From Zancudomyces culisetae HAW-14-8 (Eukaryota > Fungi > Kickxellomycota), in NCBI GenBank assembly GCA_052426225.1, contig JBNJNM010000008.1, positions 248,001-312,000 of the forward strand: a stretch of DNA of 64,000 bases, written 5' to 3'. The notes under the pieces were generated by a model, which saw nothing but the letters and a program-made list of their open reading frames with translations, did no database searches and was not told the DNA's origin. The position numbers were made by a program, and so were the translations under genes. Of the stretch, positions 1 to 12,847 are shown in pieces; the first letter of the stretch is position 1, and each line of letters starts with the position of its first letter.

Positions 1-266
1 AGTATTTGATCTGCCTTCCACCATATCTACCTATTTGCATAACATCTGAATATGTCTTTCCAGCCTTTTTACAAAAAAACAAAACAAAACAAATAAGGTT
101 ACTCAACAACTCCGCTATATGAGCCTATAAAGGGATGTAAAGAAAGTCTAAACTAGAAGAAATGTGAATACACCTTTATAATGATCGTATAGAAATCTAA
201 ACCCCGCTCACCGCCAACTACACGGTAACGATCCTCTCTCAAGAATTGAGTGATATAGCTTCTTAT
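1..266 (-). CDS. Partial spliced coding region of unknown product, running off the window edge
   Basis: Minus-strand exon 266..174 (IRSYITQFLREDRYRVVGGERGLDFYTIIIK) is bounded by AG and GT. After intron 173..65, exon 64..1 stays open to the edge (AGKTYSDVMQIGRYGGRQIKY). The start exon is not resolved. Confidence 0.35.
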
Positions 267-779
267 CTACACAGCTTGGGTTGTTTGTGAGAGGGATATG
301 ATGAGCTCAAGCCACTCAACATTTTTACACCATCAATTTTCCTTTATATACATGTACATATCATCAGCCTTTTTAATGATAGTACTTGGCAAGCTTTCAG
401 CATACCCCCCTTATGGTATACGCCTACCTAGGAAAGGTTTGCTTATAAGCTGGATGACCAAGTTGTGGGAATGAACATTAGGAAAGCAGATAAAATAATG
501 TAAATCAGCATTTTGATTGGCAAAAAACGCGGTCATTAATTTTATAAAAATTACGACCCTTTTCTCCCCCTCCCCCTCCTGCTCCCCTACTATTCCTTTT
601 TTCATTTTTCAATTTTCATTTTTCATTTTGCTTTGCCTTTTTGTTTTTCACAATCCAGAGGCTCAGAATTAAGAGACACAACTGCTCCAAAAATATAACA
701 AATAAACATAATTAACAACCAAACTTTTACAAAGGTTCGCCTAACCCGCCACGACAATCGATTCTAATTTTACTACAGG

Positions 780-1683
780 ATGGCCTCACAATTGCTACCT
801 CTAGGTAAGCATATCATTTTCTAAATCTGCCTCTTTTCAAATTAAAAATCGATGAAAAAGCCGTACTGGAAAAAAATATTTTGTGAATTGGAGGAAGTGT
901 GAGTGGGTTGCTATACATATACGTATACAAGTATGCATGCATGAGAATTTAGCTAGTAAATGTAAAAATACTTGGTATACAATCGTGCTAAATTTATGCT
1001 TTAATAGAACTCATTGACAAGTGTATTGGTTCAAAGATATGGATAGTCATGAAATTTAACAGAGAATTCGTAGGTACTTTACTGGGCTTTGACGACTATG
1101 TCAGTAAGTATGATTTTCTTTCCTTTTTATTGAGAATATACGTGTATATGAGCCTAGATTAAAATAAAATATGCAAATCATTTTAATCCTTGATCCTGAA
1201 ACATTCTTCTGTAGATGTTGTACTTGAAGATGTAACGGAATAGTAAGAACCGCCTTCTTTTATTTTTAATTTCCAACTATTGGGATTATCTTGTTAAGCT
1301 ACTCCTATTCCTAGGCAATTAACGAAGATATCACCTCTCCTCGCTCACAAAAATGTAATTAATTATGTAACATCTCTTAGCGAAACACTGCCAGGAGGCG
1401 AGATCAAGACAAATACCCGAAAACAAATGTTATTGAATGGGAATAGTATTTGTATGGTAAGCATAAATTAGTATTTTGTACTTGAGTGCGTGAAGATTAT
1501 TAACAATCATATGTAACTACTGTACACGATATTGTCACACTCTAGCTTATACCCGGTGGTGAGTAAGTACAACGCCTACACATTGTTTACAGTTTTTTTT
1601 TGGTTTCTTTACATGAGATATATGCTAAATAAGAAACAAACCTACTAATTGATAGAGGACCAAAGGAAAAGAAGGATAGCTAA
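780..1683 (+). CDS. LSM5: U6 snRNA-associated Sm-like protein LSm5, 6 exons
   Basis: Exons 780-804, 1008-1103, 1215-1242, 1381-1456, 1546-1562 and 1656-1683, joined at GT-AG introns, give [50 protein letters not shown]...[25 protein letters not shown]. This contains the canonical Lsm5 Sm1/Sm2 motifs. Not in the ORF track. Confidence 0.95.
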
Positions 1684-2443
1684 ATAAAGATGGTTGATTG
1701 TCCTGTAAATAAATCCTTGTCGCTTATTGTCTTGGAAAGAGTATACCACCCCTATACTATTATGTAGCCTTTTAAAAGACGTAGTTTTTAACTACATTCT
1801 CTCAAACTTAAATAGTACCTCTAGCAACGTTTTCTGTTATATCTCCAATATCCCCTCAAATATAATTGGTTTTACAGTCTTTTTCTTTTCTATTTTTTTA
1901 TCATAAAAGAGCGTTTCACCACGGAGATATAGAATCTATAAACTACTTTAAACTATATCTCATCCGGCCATTTAAATGCGAAGTTAGGCCAGAACTTGGC
2001 TTGGTCCTTTTACAAGTTGGCACGTGTTAATGGTATTAAATAGTTTCCAGGAAGCCATACCTTAAATTAAAAAAGAAAAAGTGGGCAAAGACCTGCTGGT
2101 TCACTTGAAAAGCGTGCCCGGTGTAAGGCTTTGGTTTTCTCTCTTTGTCAGAAGATCCCCTTAAGCTGTATCGTTAGTTTAACAGATCAAAAACTCTTCT
2201 TTTTTTTTTGCAGTGCTTTTAGTGCACGGATTTTGATTTGTTTAAATTTTTGGGAAAAAAAATTTTGAAAGCGACTAATTATTGTATTTTCCTTAACAGA
2301 ACTTTAAGCGAATTATGAGTTTAATAGCCCTTCAAGCTAATAAACAAAATACATATTCAACAAACAAGTTATAAAGAGGATCAAACAGGCATAGAACGAA
2401 AACACATAGGAAAGGGCATAACAAAGACAAATCATAAAATAAA

Positions 2444-3142
2444 ATGGCTTTTTCAATGAACAAGCTAAAAACCGGACAGTTGCCACCTGAGGCAAATAGG
2501 ATACTGTTTGTAAGGTAAATGCAGTTTATTTACCTTTCGACAACTCAGAAAATAAAATATAAGCATGAAAATCTATACCTAAAAAATTAACTATTGTTAG
2601 GAATCTACCTTTTAAAATTACATCTGAAGAAATGTACGATCTGTTTGGAAAATACGGTGCCATAAGACAGATTAGATTGTAAGTACTACCTCCCTTACTT
2701 TACGCTTTCCATGAATTATAAGTTTTATATTGATATCGGGTATAGAATAGATAATGTAATAAATGTGCCAGAAAGATTAGATGCTCTTCAAAATACCTGT
2801 TTTTTAAATAAATAAATAAACGTTTATATAGGGGGAATGCACAATCTACGCGAGGAACTGCGTTTGTGGTATACGAAGATATATACGATGCAAAGGCTGC
2901 TTGCGAAAAGCTACAAGGCTTCAATGTGTTGGGGCGATATCTGGTAGTTCTATATTACCAACCAAATAAGGTCTCTAAGAAGGCCAATCTTGAGAAGAAA
3001 GAGAGAGAATTGGATGAATTAAAAAAGTAAGCACAGCTTGTTTTCGTAGAACTTTTATTTTCTTACTCCCTATAATCTTTTTTTAATGGTCCTAAACCTT
3101 ATAAAAACATGTATTTGTAATTATAGGAAATACGGATTGTAA
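2444..3142 (+). CDS. SF3B6: Splicing factor 3B subunit 6 (p14, branch-point RRM protein), 4 exons
   Basis: Spliced translation [24 protein letters not shown]|[26 protein letters not shown]|[43 protein letters not shown]...ELKK|KYGL* matches the p14 signature. Three GT-AG introns. Confidence 0.95.
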
Positions 3143-3708
3143 AACTACAGTTTCTACATTTTTGTATTGCTCATAAACTCGACAACAACCGCGACCATAA
3201 ACAACGAAAGCCGTTTGTTTTTAGATATCTAAATATATGGATATGATTTTATAAAATTTCGGGTTTACGATGGATTAGCTTTATAAAAATCCAGTGTATT
3301 ATCACCTTTAATCATTTTATTACCCTCCGTGAACATACTATTTTACAAATAAATATATTAGTTATATCGCGCTTTTATAACATTACAACTCGCGAGTTTT
3401 TGAATAGAAGAAACAATCTCTCAATTATTGCTATTTCATGTGGCCACTCCTAGGGGAATACCAAGCCGAAAACTCCCTACGCACTCCGATTAGTTTGCAT
3501 CCAAAATTTGCGAGAAACTAAAAAAAAAATTTTTTTTTGGGGCTGTTTTCAAATGCTATTACAACGCGTATTGAAAAGCACTGAAAAGGCTGATTTTTGC
3601 TTTTTTGGAAGCGATTGTTTTTTCATCACATACTCTTGGAAATAAAAATACACAAAACATCAAATCCAGTGTAATATATCAAAAGCAAAAGTTGTAAATA
3701 CCGCAGAG

Positions 3709-4932
3709 ATGTCTGGTTATAAAACACAAAAAAATAAACTGTATGAGGAGGGGGATATAAAAGTCGAGGCATCCAAAACAATTAAAGTTATCAAGACATT
3801 TGAAGAGTTGGATTTAAAACCGGAGATATTACGAGGAATCTATGCGTACAATTTCGAGCAACCCTCAGCAATTCAAAAGAGAGCAATATACCCAATACTT
3901 CAACGACGAGACGTAATTGCACAGGCACAATCAGGAACAGGAAAAACAGCGACATTGGCTATTTCTCTGTTGCAATTAGTAAATAGTAAAGTTCGTGAGA
4001 CCCAAGCATTAGTTTTATCTCCTACGCGCGAATTAGCGATTCAAACACAGGGTGTGATATTGGCGATTGGAGATTACAGTAAAATATTATGCTATTGCTG
4101 TATCGGTGGTGGTGGTGGTGGCGGGAGTAAAGCCCAACAAGATAGACAGAAATTGGAAGCGGGACAGCACATTGTTAGCGGAACCCCGGGAAGAGTTTAC
4201 GACATGATCAAAAGAAACTATTTGAGAACATCTAGTATCAAAGTTCTTGTTCTGGATGAGGCCGACGAGCTGCTGAATATGGGATTCAAACAGCAGATTT
4301 ACGATATTTACAGACATTTACCACCGAGCATCCAGGTAGTCCTGCTTAGCGCAACACTTCCGCAAGATGTATTGTCATTAAGTACCAAATTTATGTCAGA
4401 TCCTATTCGAATTCTAGTTAAAAGAGACGAGCTCACTTTGGAAGGTATATCGCAGTTTTTCATAAATGTGGAAAAGGAAGACTGGAAATTTGAAACTTTG
4501 TGCGATTTGTATGATTCCTTGGTTATCACACAAGCGGTAATCTTTTGCAATACAAAGAACAAAGTAGATTGGTTGGCCTCACAGATGCGCAGCAACAACT
4601 TTACTGTATCCTCTATGCACGGGGATATGGAACAGAAACAAAGAGACAGTGTGATGCAAGAATTTCGGGCAGGAAGTAGTCGTGTGCTAATTACCACCGA
4701 TATCTGGGCACGAGGAATCGACGTTCAACAAGTATCGTTAGTTATTAACTACGATTTGCCTACAAATCGAGAAAACTACATTCACCGGATTGGTAGAAGT
4801 GGAAGATATGGTAGGAAGGGTGTTGCCATCAACTTTGTCACCAAACAGGACATTGCTACCCTACATGATATCGAACAGTATTACAGCACGCAAATAGATG
4901 AAATGCCAATAAACATTCAGGATCTCATTTAA
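3709..4932 (+). CDS. FAL1: DEAD-box RNA helicase eIF4A-III / Fal1 (exon junction complex, 40S biogenesis)
   Basis: Intronless 407-aa ORF with Q motif, [21 protein letters not shown] and HRIGRSGR. It also has eIF4A3-type [23 protein letters not shown] and [10 protein letters not shown]. Confidence 0.93.
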   Translation: MSGYKTQKNKLYEEGDIKVEASKTIKVIKTFEELDLKPEILRGIYAYNFEQPSAIQKRAIYPILQRRDVIAQAQSGTGKTATLAISLLQLVNSKVRETQALVLSPTRELAIQTQGVILAIGDYSKILCYCCIGGGGGGGSKAQQDRQKLEAGQHIVSGTPGRVYDMIKRNYLRTSSIKVLVLDEADELLNMGFKQQIYDIYRHLPPSIQVVLLSATLPQDVLSLSTKFMSDPIRILVKRDELTLEGISQFFINVEKEDWKFETLCDLYDSLVITQAVIFCNTKNKVDWLASQMRSNNFTVSSMHGDMEQKQRDSVMQEFRAGSSRVLITTDIWARGIDVQQVSLVINYDLPTNRENYIHRIGRSGRYGRKGVAINFVTKQDIATLHDIEQYYSTQIDEMPINIQDLI

Positions 4933-5036
4933 TTTGTTATATTTTTATTGGGTTTATTTTTGTTTGTGTATTACATTTTTTTTGAGTAAATGAAAAGTAA
5001 ATAAAAAGACCAAACAAGCTATTGAAAAAGAAAAAA

Positions 5037-6677
5037 TTAAAGCTCATCACGGGCTTGCTTCTCTTCCTCTTCCTCCTCCTCTTCCTCGCCCTTCTCGGCT
5101 GGCTTTTGTTTCTTCTCCTCCTTGGCCTTCTTTTCTTCATCCTCCTTTGCCTTCTCAAGATCCAGCTTACCAGCATCTTTGAGTGCTGAATCGGTGTTTT
5201 CTTTCAAGAATTTCACGAAATCTTCCAACTGGCGACCACTTTCATACTTGACAATCTCATTTGATTTTGCCTTTACAAGAACAATAGTAGGGAAGCCCTT
5301 TACTCCGAACTCCTCGTCCTTTTCAGGAATATCGTTTTCTGTGGCGTCCATCTTGGCAATCACCAAATCCTTTTGTTTTGCGACAAGCTCAGCAAGTTTG
5401 GTGTAGGTTGGAGCGAGTTGTTTGCAATGGTAGCACCATGGTGCATAGAATTCAATAAGGACATCCTTGGTCTTGTCGAATACAAGTTCGCTAAACGAAT
5501 CTGCAACCACGACTTTTACTGGTTCGTCATTGGTTTCTGGTACAGGCTGAGATTTGATGTGTGCTTTTACACTTCCATCAATTACACCCTTGACAAAGCT
5601 CTCAAAGCCCTTGACTGCCAGATCTTTCTCCTGGGAAAGGACCCACTTCTTTTGAGTATCTTGGTCTTGGATTGAAAATGCTGGGAACTTTTGCTCCAAG
5701 CCAAGTGCTGTCATCAAACCGGCAAATTTAGTTCCATTCACACACACAAAGTGGAAGTTATCTCTGTACTTCTTGGCAACATCAACCAACTTGGCGACGA
5801 TCTTCTTGCGTCCTTTCTCTGAATCGTAGAACAGGAATCCCAATGGCAGCTTGGGTGTTTCGTATAGCTTGTAGTTTTCTGGACCTATCTCACCAAATAC
5901 CTGGATTGCGCTGCGTTGAACAAACTTTTTAAGGTCAGCACTGCTGATCTTTCCCTCAAAGATGGCGGCATCTTCGAAGGATCTGAACACAATTACGGAT
6001 GGGACCTCGTGTCCAAGCTTCTTGGCGATCTCTTCATCTTCTGAGTAGCCGAATACATGATCCTCTCCAAGTTGGTCTGCAACCTTGACCAGTTCGTTGT
6101 ATTCAGCACTGTCCTTCTTTACAAGACCCAGAATAGATACTGACTCCTTTGCCTCCTTGAATGCTTTGAGGTCCTTTGAGCTCACTTCTTTAACTAGTGG
6201 TTCTGTCTGCTTAATCATGTATTTTACTATTTCAGCCTGATCTCTTCCTCCTTTGTAGTCCTTAAAGTCATCTTTCTTGATGTCCTTCTTTCCAACCTCT
6301 CCCTTATACACTTTCAGTGTTGGGTAGCCACCCACATCATACTCAGAACAAAGCTTTTCATTTTTGGTGCAGTCCACCTTTGCCAAACCAATCTTTTTGC
6401 TGAGCTCCTTGTCAGCATACTTCTTGTGTAGCTCTATGGAGGCTGCCTCGTAGCTTGGTGCCATCCTCTTACAGTGTCCACACCAAGGTGCGTAGAACTT
6501 TACCAGTGCTACATCATGCTCCTTCAAAAATTCATCAAAGGTGTCCTTGGTCAACATTGCTGGCGCTCCCTCTTTCACACCTTCTGCCTCCTCTGTGTCC
6601 TTACCTTGGACCATCACACTCATCAACAACGCAAGGGCTCCTAGGAGACTTGCTTTTTTTCCGTTTAGAAACTTCAT
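5037..6677 (-). CDS. PDI1: Protein disulfide isomerase (a-b-b'-a')
   Basis: Signal peptide, two thioredoxin sites (APWCGHCK and APWCYHCK), KSQPVPE linker, acidic tail and C-terminal RDEL retention signal. Confidence 0.95.
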   Translation of the reverse strand: MKFLNGKKASLLGALALLMSVMVQGKDTEEAEGVKEGAPAMLTKDTFDEFLKEHDVALVKFYAPWCGHCKRMAPSYEAASIELHKKYADKELSKKIGLAKVDCTKNEKLCSEYDVGGYPTLKVYKGEVGKKDIKKDDFKDYKGGRDQAEIVKYMIKQTEPLVKEVSSKDLKAFKEAKESVSILGLVKKDSAEYNELVKVADQLGEDHVFGYSEDEEIAKKLGHEVPSVIVFRSFEDAAIFEGKISSADLKKFVQRSAIQVFGEIGPENYKLYETPKLPLGFLFYDSEKGRKKIVAKLVDVAKKYRDNFHFVCVNGTKFAGLMTALGLEQKFPAFSIQDQDTQKKWVLSQEKDLAVKGFESFVKGVIDGSVKAHIKSQPVPETNDEPVKVVVADSFSELVFDKTKDVLIEFYAPWCYHCKQLAPTYTKLAELVAKQKDLVIAKMDATENDIPEKDEEFGVKGFPTIVLVKAKSNEIVKYESGRQLEDFVKFLKENTDSALKDAGKLDLEKAKEDEEKKAKEEKKQKPAEKGEEEEEEEEEKQARDEL

Positions 6678-9208
6678 TTATTTCTACTATATTCTTGTTG
6701 GTAAAAACTATAAAATAACTACTTTTTCAGAAATGTTTCTAATACGAAAATAGTGAAAATTCGCCACTATCTTTTTATATTTACCTAACCGAAAGTGCTG
6801 TTGGGCTTTATTTTAAAGGAAACAACATTAAGCGGATTTTAAATTAATTTATTATTCCAGGCATAAATACAATTACTAATTATTAAATACGCCAAACGAA
6901 GTAAAAAGAATAAATACTGATCTTTTACTACACTTGGTTGCTAATTTTTCAGTTGTCCAATTGTTTTATTACATATTTCAATAAAATGTATACAGATTTC
7001 TCCTCTTGATTGCCTATTTTGTGTAATTTGCTCCATTGTCTTTCCTTTTTCCGCTTTGATTTCCTCATTTATTAGAAGAATTTTTTATTCCACTCCATTT
7101 TGTTCGAAATAGAATAAAACAGACTAATTTAAAAGTCGTAGAAAGCTCTGGCTATTTGTCATTCGTCAATTACTGATTATTTACGGAGTTTATGCCTTGT
7201 AAATCAAACTCCATTTCATTTTCTGTTCTTAATACCCTTTGACTATTTATTATTTATTTTTTATTTTTTATTTTTTATTTTTTATCTTAGTTTTCAATTG
7301 TTGGCATTCTTTGAGCCAAATGTCCATTTTTCAAGTTTAAATTTCAAATATCTATTTTTGGGCAAGGTCAAATAGCCTAATAGGGAAAAACTTATAGGTT
7401 TCTAAATATACCAAAACTTTGTTTAGTGTTCCGAAGTACACACAGATGCAAACCTGTGCCCCCCTTTCTCGGCTTTTCAATTGCACATTTGACCATACTG
7501 AAAATGCAGCTATGGAGTAAAAAAGAAATAGGCTTTGTCATTCCTCCATTTTTTTTCAACGATTTCAAGAATTGTGAATATCATTAATGTGGCAGGATCT
7601 TTGTGGTGTGCTTTTAGTTCTCTTGAAGTTAAGCTTTTCTGTTTTGGTTTAAAACAGAAACTGTGCAACAACATAACCCATCGTTCATGATAATATATAC
7701 AACACATCTTAAACATACAAAGTACATATACATCACCCTACAGATCCAATACGCGTAAGGTGAATCTTGCTGTTTAAATATACTGTTCTATGTGTATCAC
7801 TATACCAGGAACTAGACTTTATGTGTGAAAATCCACATTTCTCTGTTTGATATGCCATGCCTACTAGTATCAGAATACTTTTTTGTCATACCAATGCTTT
7901 AACAACCCAAGCTGTTGTCCCATATTTTTGATACCAAGGTTAGTAGACAAGTTAAAAAAGATACCAGGATGAAAAAGGAATATTTGCTTGATACGATATT
8001 TTGAAATAAAATACTTGCAAAAGTGGAGCGGGAATATATTTTTTTATCTGAATAGTTAGCCCCACATCACATTTTGTTTTGTTTTTTATACCCCCTTTCA
8101 ATATAACTCACCTTCCCCCCTCCAAAAAATAACAAGTACTATTCTCCACTTTTTTTATTGTTTCCTGAGATTCTTTTGAGCCATGAATATCAGTACCTAC
8201 CAAAAATTCACTATAACATTAAGTATCATCACTAAAAACATTCTTCTGCGCTTTATAAGAAAAATGCGTTACAAGTAGGTTTTGATCATTGAAAAATCTG
8301 ATAATAATGTAATGAAACTAGATGGTGCTGATAACACAAGAAATAAACTCACTTCATATATCCTCCCACTTCCTCCCATTGTGCGTTTTCTTCTCCACTA
8401 TCAAATCCAAATAATGTCTGATGCAAAAATGTATTTCTTTAATACTTAAAACCGATGAAAATTTGTGGAATTAGTGAGTACTCGTCTATTATATAGGAGG
8501 TAGCCAGTACAACAAAAGATGCCATCGAACCCCACATGTACAGCTAGGCTTTACTAGTTAGTACGCTTTAAAAGAAATGAAAAGCGATGTATGTTGTGTT
8601 TATTTACGCGATCAATGTAATTCTTTACCAAATAGCAGACTATGCATTATGTGTGCATCAAAGGGGCATGACTATGTGTACTACCGCTACTTTATGCTAC
8701 GGAAATATAATCAACATCATCATTTGTTTAAATTGTGTTTAGTCTATTACACCAACAGCCCTCACAATCAAATTAACAACACAGAGATCGTTTATTAGAG
8801 CATTCGAAAAGAACAAGTTTTTACTAAAGGACTAAACTGAGGCTAGCCGACCCAGAATATTTAACACTACTTTGCTGAAATGAGAGAATGGAAAAAAATA
8901 TAAAATAAAACAAAAAACCTCTAGATTTCGAGGCTGGGATTGTATGAGACTATAGAGGTATTATTGATATTAACCCGCCAAGTGATTCCTTCCTTTAACC
9001 TATTATACCTATAAATAAAAGAATCGTCAAATTTTTTATTATCATGGTTGGAAATGCGAGCTACGTTAATGGCCAACTTCCCAATGCGATCAAATTCATG
9101 ATACACACGATAATATATCTAATTTAAATTCATGGTTGGCAGAATCCACTTGTTTAAAATATTAAAAAAAACTTACACGTGAGCATGGTTATTCCAAATA
9201 AATATCAT

Positions 9209-9667
9209 CTACCAGACCATAACGGCTACGACGACCCTGCCACCTGAGCCACCCACTGCAATCTTGGGAACTTCCTGATTGTCCATTCTGAAGTCTTCAA
9301 CGTTTAGACTATCAGATTCATCACGCTTATTGCCCATGTCCCCATTCGAGGATGAAGTGCGTTGTGTAGCCGACTTATCTTTCAGCCCTAGCCTATTTAA
9401 AAAACTCCAATATCTGTTGTGCTTCTTTGTTCTGGGGCTAGTACTTTCGGAGTTAGTGCTTTCGGGGTTAGCAGTTTCGGATTCAGTAGTTTCAGAGCTG
9501 TCTGACGAGTCGGCGTTGAGTTTAGCACCTCGAATATTTTGATTAATTCCTGGTAGTGCATTATTCATGACATTTCCTAGCCCTCCAAGCTCATTGTGGA
9601 GTTGCGAACTTGCTGAACATGAAATAAGCGATGCTGTTAATACAAAAACTGTGTATAGCTGCTTCAT
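9209..9667 (-). CDS. Secreted precursor peptide, DNQ family member 1 (152 aa)
   Basis: Signal peptide MKQLYTVFVLTASLISCSAS, Ser/Glu-rich spacer, KR site, then DESDSLNVEDFRMDNQEVPKIAVGGSGGRVVVAVMVW*. AAAATG start context. TATAAA about 150 bp upstream. Confidence 0.8.
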   Translation of the reverse strand: MKQLYTVFVLTASLISCSASSQLHNELGGLGNVMNNALPGINQNIRGAKLNADSSDSSETTESETANPESTNSESTSPRTKKHNRYWSFLNRLGLKDKSATQRTSSSNGDMGNKRDESDSLNVEDFRMDNQEVPKIAVGGSGGRVVVAVMVW

Positions 9668-11462
9668 TTTATTTTGGTGATGGTATTCAAACTTTTCGTT
9701 GTGTATATTATGTACTGGTGCACTGATTTAACTTGTAATGCTAGTGATGTGATAATCTTGGTGCGGTTCTTTTTTTTAATATTAAACTTTTGTCGTTAAC
9801 CATTGAAGGGGAAGGATATTTATATTGGTATTTAAATAAATTGAGTCTTATCCTAGTTACATGCAAAACAATTTTGAACAAGTATCATAAATAACTGCTA
9901 CAAATACTCTAAAGGCTCTAAAGTGGTAAAAGTACAACTATGTGTGTTAAAATGCCAATAAATCTGTATATTATGCAAAAATACGCCACTTTTATTCCCT
10001 GATAGATGACTGCATATATTTATGTATATTTTTCCAAGTACCCCCTATTCACAAGCTTGGAAGAAGGAGGAATCAATAGCTGAACCTCTTTATGCAATTT
10101 CAAATGCACAAGTCGTTGTTAACCCTCTAAAATGTATTTTAGATATCTTTTTAATTTTTTTTTGGCTTTTGAGTACAGTAACCTCTACCATTAAGATAGA
10201 AGAGTACTCCTACGTTGTGTGGGGTCAAATAGTTACACAAACCAAGCGTGTGAAATAGTAGGAGTAACAACTGCGTCTTTTAATCCCAATGAACCCGGAA
10301 TTTAGTTCGACTAGTTACGCTGGCATCAATTTTTTGATGGTATCTGGATTGGTATAGTAGCCAGAATCATGCAGTGTTATGTAGCTTTGGTATTTTGTAA
10401 GCGCATATGCTGGATAGCGAAAGTAGATAATAGGGTGATATTAGTTTTTTGTGGAGGCGTAGCATTTAGAAATTGAATAGCATAAAACATTCTATTTCAC
10501 TTGTTTCGCATTTATAGATTTGGCAGGAAAAACGGTGCAAAACAGGGGGAGGGAAGGAAGAGGAGGTGAAATACCATACCAATTTCTCTAATGCAAACCA
10601 TATGTTTATTCCCCTTGCCTTTTCACCTCCCTTTATGTATGGTACGACCACAAATAGCGCACTAAGTTTAATGTGATGGGACTTGGAATGCATTTTCACA
10701 GACTATTTGCACCAAAGTTCTAGCTGTTTTTCATTGTAACTAGTGTTGCACTTACGCATATACCGCATCCGGATATTTGATAGCTCAAGCGTGAATCTTT
10801 GCACTAACTAAAGACTTTCCTGCTAGGATTGGGGCTTTGCTGACGCAAATGTACACAGCTCAGGTGATATAGTTCATTGGCTACAGACTTTATATGCTTT
10901 CTTAGTCGCAATCAACCAATACTGTACATGTGTTTTTTATTGGTATACGAGCTGAGAAAAATATGTTTTACTAAAAGCATGGATATTACATGTCTTTACC
11001 ATTAGCCTTGTTTTCGAATCATTAAACCTCAAATAAATGGTTTAGACTCAACATCCGTTGCTGGATTCACAATAAAGCTTATTAGCTCTGTAAGCGATAA
11101 AATAAAATGGAAATGTTAATCGTCTTTACAAATCATAAGGGTCAAGGGTACCAGAAATCGTTTGTGACGTTAATTAGCGTGGATATAGCCTTATTTTTGT
11201 ACATTATTGATTATAAATGTAGTGTCGTGTGTTTCTAGCCAAAGATTACAAGTTGAGTAACACTATCGTTCATTTATCTTGCTATAAAAATAATAATCCA
11301 AAAAAAGGAAGGTGAGAGGTAGAAAGGGAAAGGAAGGGTAAATAAAGTTTCTTCTGCTTGGTACCAAAACACTTGTAAACCAAGTGTACGCACTTCCCCA
11401 ATATACCCTGGATGTAGTACAACCAGCTTGGTCTAATTTCTGCAAACACAGTTCGCTCCACT

Positions 11463-11503
11463 CCCTTACCCTTACCCTTACCCTTACCCTTACCCTTACC
11501 CTT
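11463..11503. repeat. (CCCTTA)6 hexamer microsatellite
   Basis: Perfect tandem CCCTTA units read directly, just downstream of the Yip1-domain gene. Confidence 0.9.
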
Positions 11504-11599
11504 TCTATATACTTTTCTTGTCAAAATAAAATTCAAACAAAATTAAATGATGTGGTATCTGTATTGCAGATCTATACCAATGTGAAAAAAATAAAAAAA

Positions 11600-12847
11600 T
11601 TAGTAACTATAGAATAAAAATTTCATGCCCAAACTAAAGGCTGCCAAGGAACTAATAACTATAATATTCAAAACGAGATTTGGTCTTGATTCTGTTTTGT
11701 TTGCTATCCTGCCCAAGTTTTGAAGCATAAATAGACATGATATTCCAAAGCCAATAGCGACACTAATCCATCTAACTAGAGGGTATTTTAGCATACAGGC
11801 CAACGAAACCAAGATCCAGACAGATGTGGAGTATCCATAGACAGATACCGCTTCTATCAATGTGCAGTCTAGCCCAAAATATTTACTGGTGAAGCTGAGA
11901 ATCACAGACATTATCCCAACATACATATACACAACAGCAAAGGCCAGGAAAAACATAGAAATATCATGTTCAACGGGTGTGCCATATACCAGCTGCACAA
12001 TGATTATGCTTAATCGGTAGGCCACAAATATAAAGTATATCACGCTTGTTGGAACCCAAAAAGGCCCTATTTGTTATTATGCCGATTGGTGTTATTGGTT
12101 TTTTGTAAAAAAAGTAGAGCGGTGAAATAAAAATAGTGAAGTAAGATATTACACGAAGATCCGATCACCATGGAACCGGCGGTAAAATATTAAATAAATA
12201 TACGTTCATAAGTATATTAGTGTTGATAGTTTACCCCAAAGATCAGGTTTTGCTGTTATGGCATCAAAAAACTCATTTTGTGGCATAATACTCATGACAA
12301 TTTTCTGAATAACATCTTTCGTGTCAACGTCAAAATATACCGACCAATATGATATGTTCCAAATGGAACCACCCTGCGTCGGTGTACTTGTCGCAACATT
12401 CACTGGATCTCTGCTACTTAGAGTCGAGACTGGACCTATTTTTACGAATGTTTTACGTTACTAAACTTACAAGATCTTGTTTGCACTGCTTTATAAAGCT
12501 TTGTTTTTATTAGATAAACATATCCATGTGTGTATTATATAGGAAAAATAAATTTAAAAACGCAGTATATTACCCCGAGTAGCGCCAAGATTAGGTTCAG
12601 TAGTATAATCTAGTTATAGGAATAAATTACATTGTTTACTATATTTTCCTTTCCACTAGTTTTTAAGCAAAGTGACAAACACAAATATTTACCTTGGAAT
12701 TCAAGCTGATTCTATTTGTAAACGTAGATATTTTACTATAAGTGACCAACCTTATTAATATACTTGAGTAATTATATGCAAAGATGCCTTTTTTTGTTTT
12801 ACCTCATCCACATCAATCACAATGTTATAATCGTTTTTTGCCTCCAT
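11600..12847 (-). CDS. Yip1-domain Golgi membrane protein (YIPF1/2-like), 5 exons including micro-exons
   Basis: Spliced translation MEAKNDYNIVIDVDE|NQLEFQ|DYTTEPNLGATR|GPV...WNISYWSVYFDVDTKDV...KPDLWG|PFWVPTSVIY...VSVYGYS.... YFDVDT, PDLxGPFW and YGYS are Yip1-family motifs, with several TM helices. Confidence 0.85.

Noticed and set aside
174-266. GGERGLDFY as a HemK/PrmC methyltransferase motif
   Set aside because: No NPPY or SAM-binding motif is visible in the neighbouring exons, and the similarity is too short.
11463-11503. (CCCTTA)n as an interstitial telomere
   Set aside because: The unit is TAAGGG, not TTAGGG. There are only six copies, and similar 6-7-mer microsatellites are common in this window.
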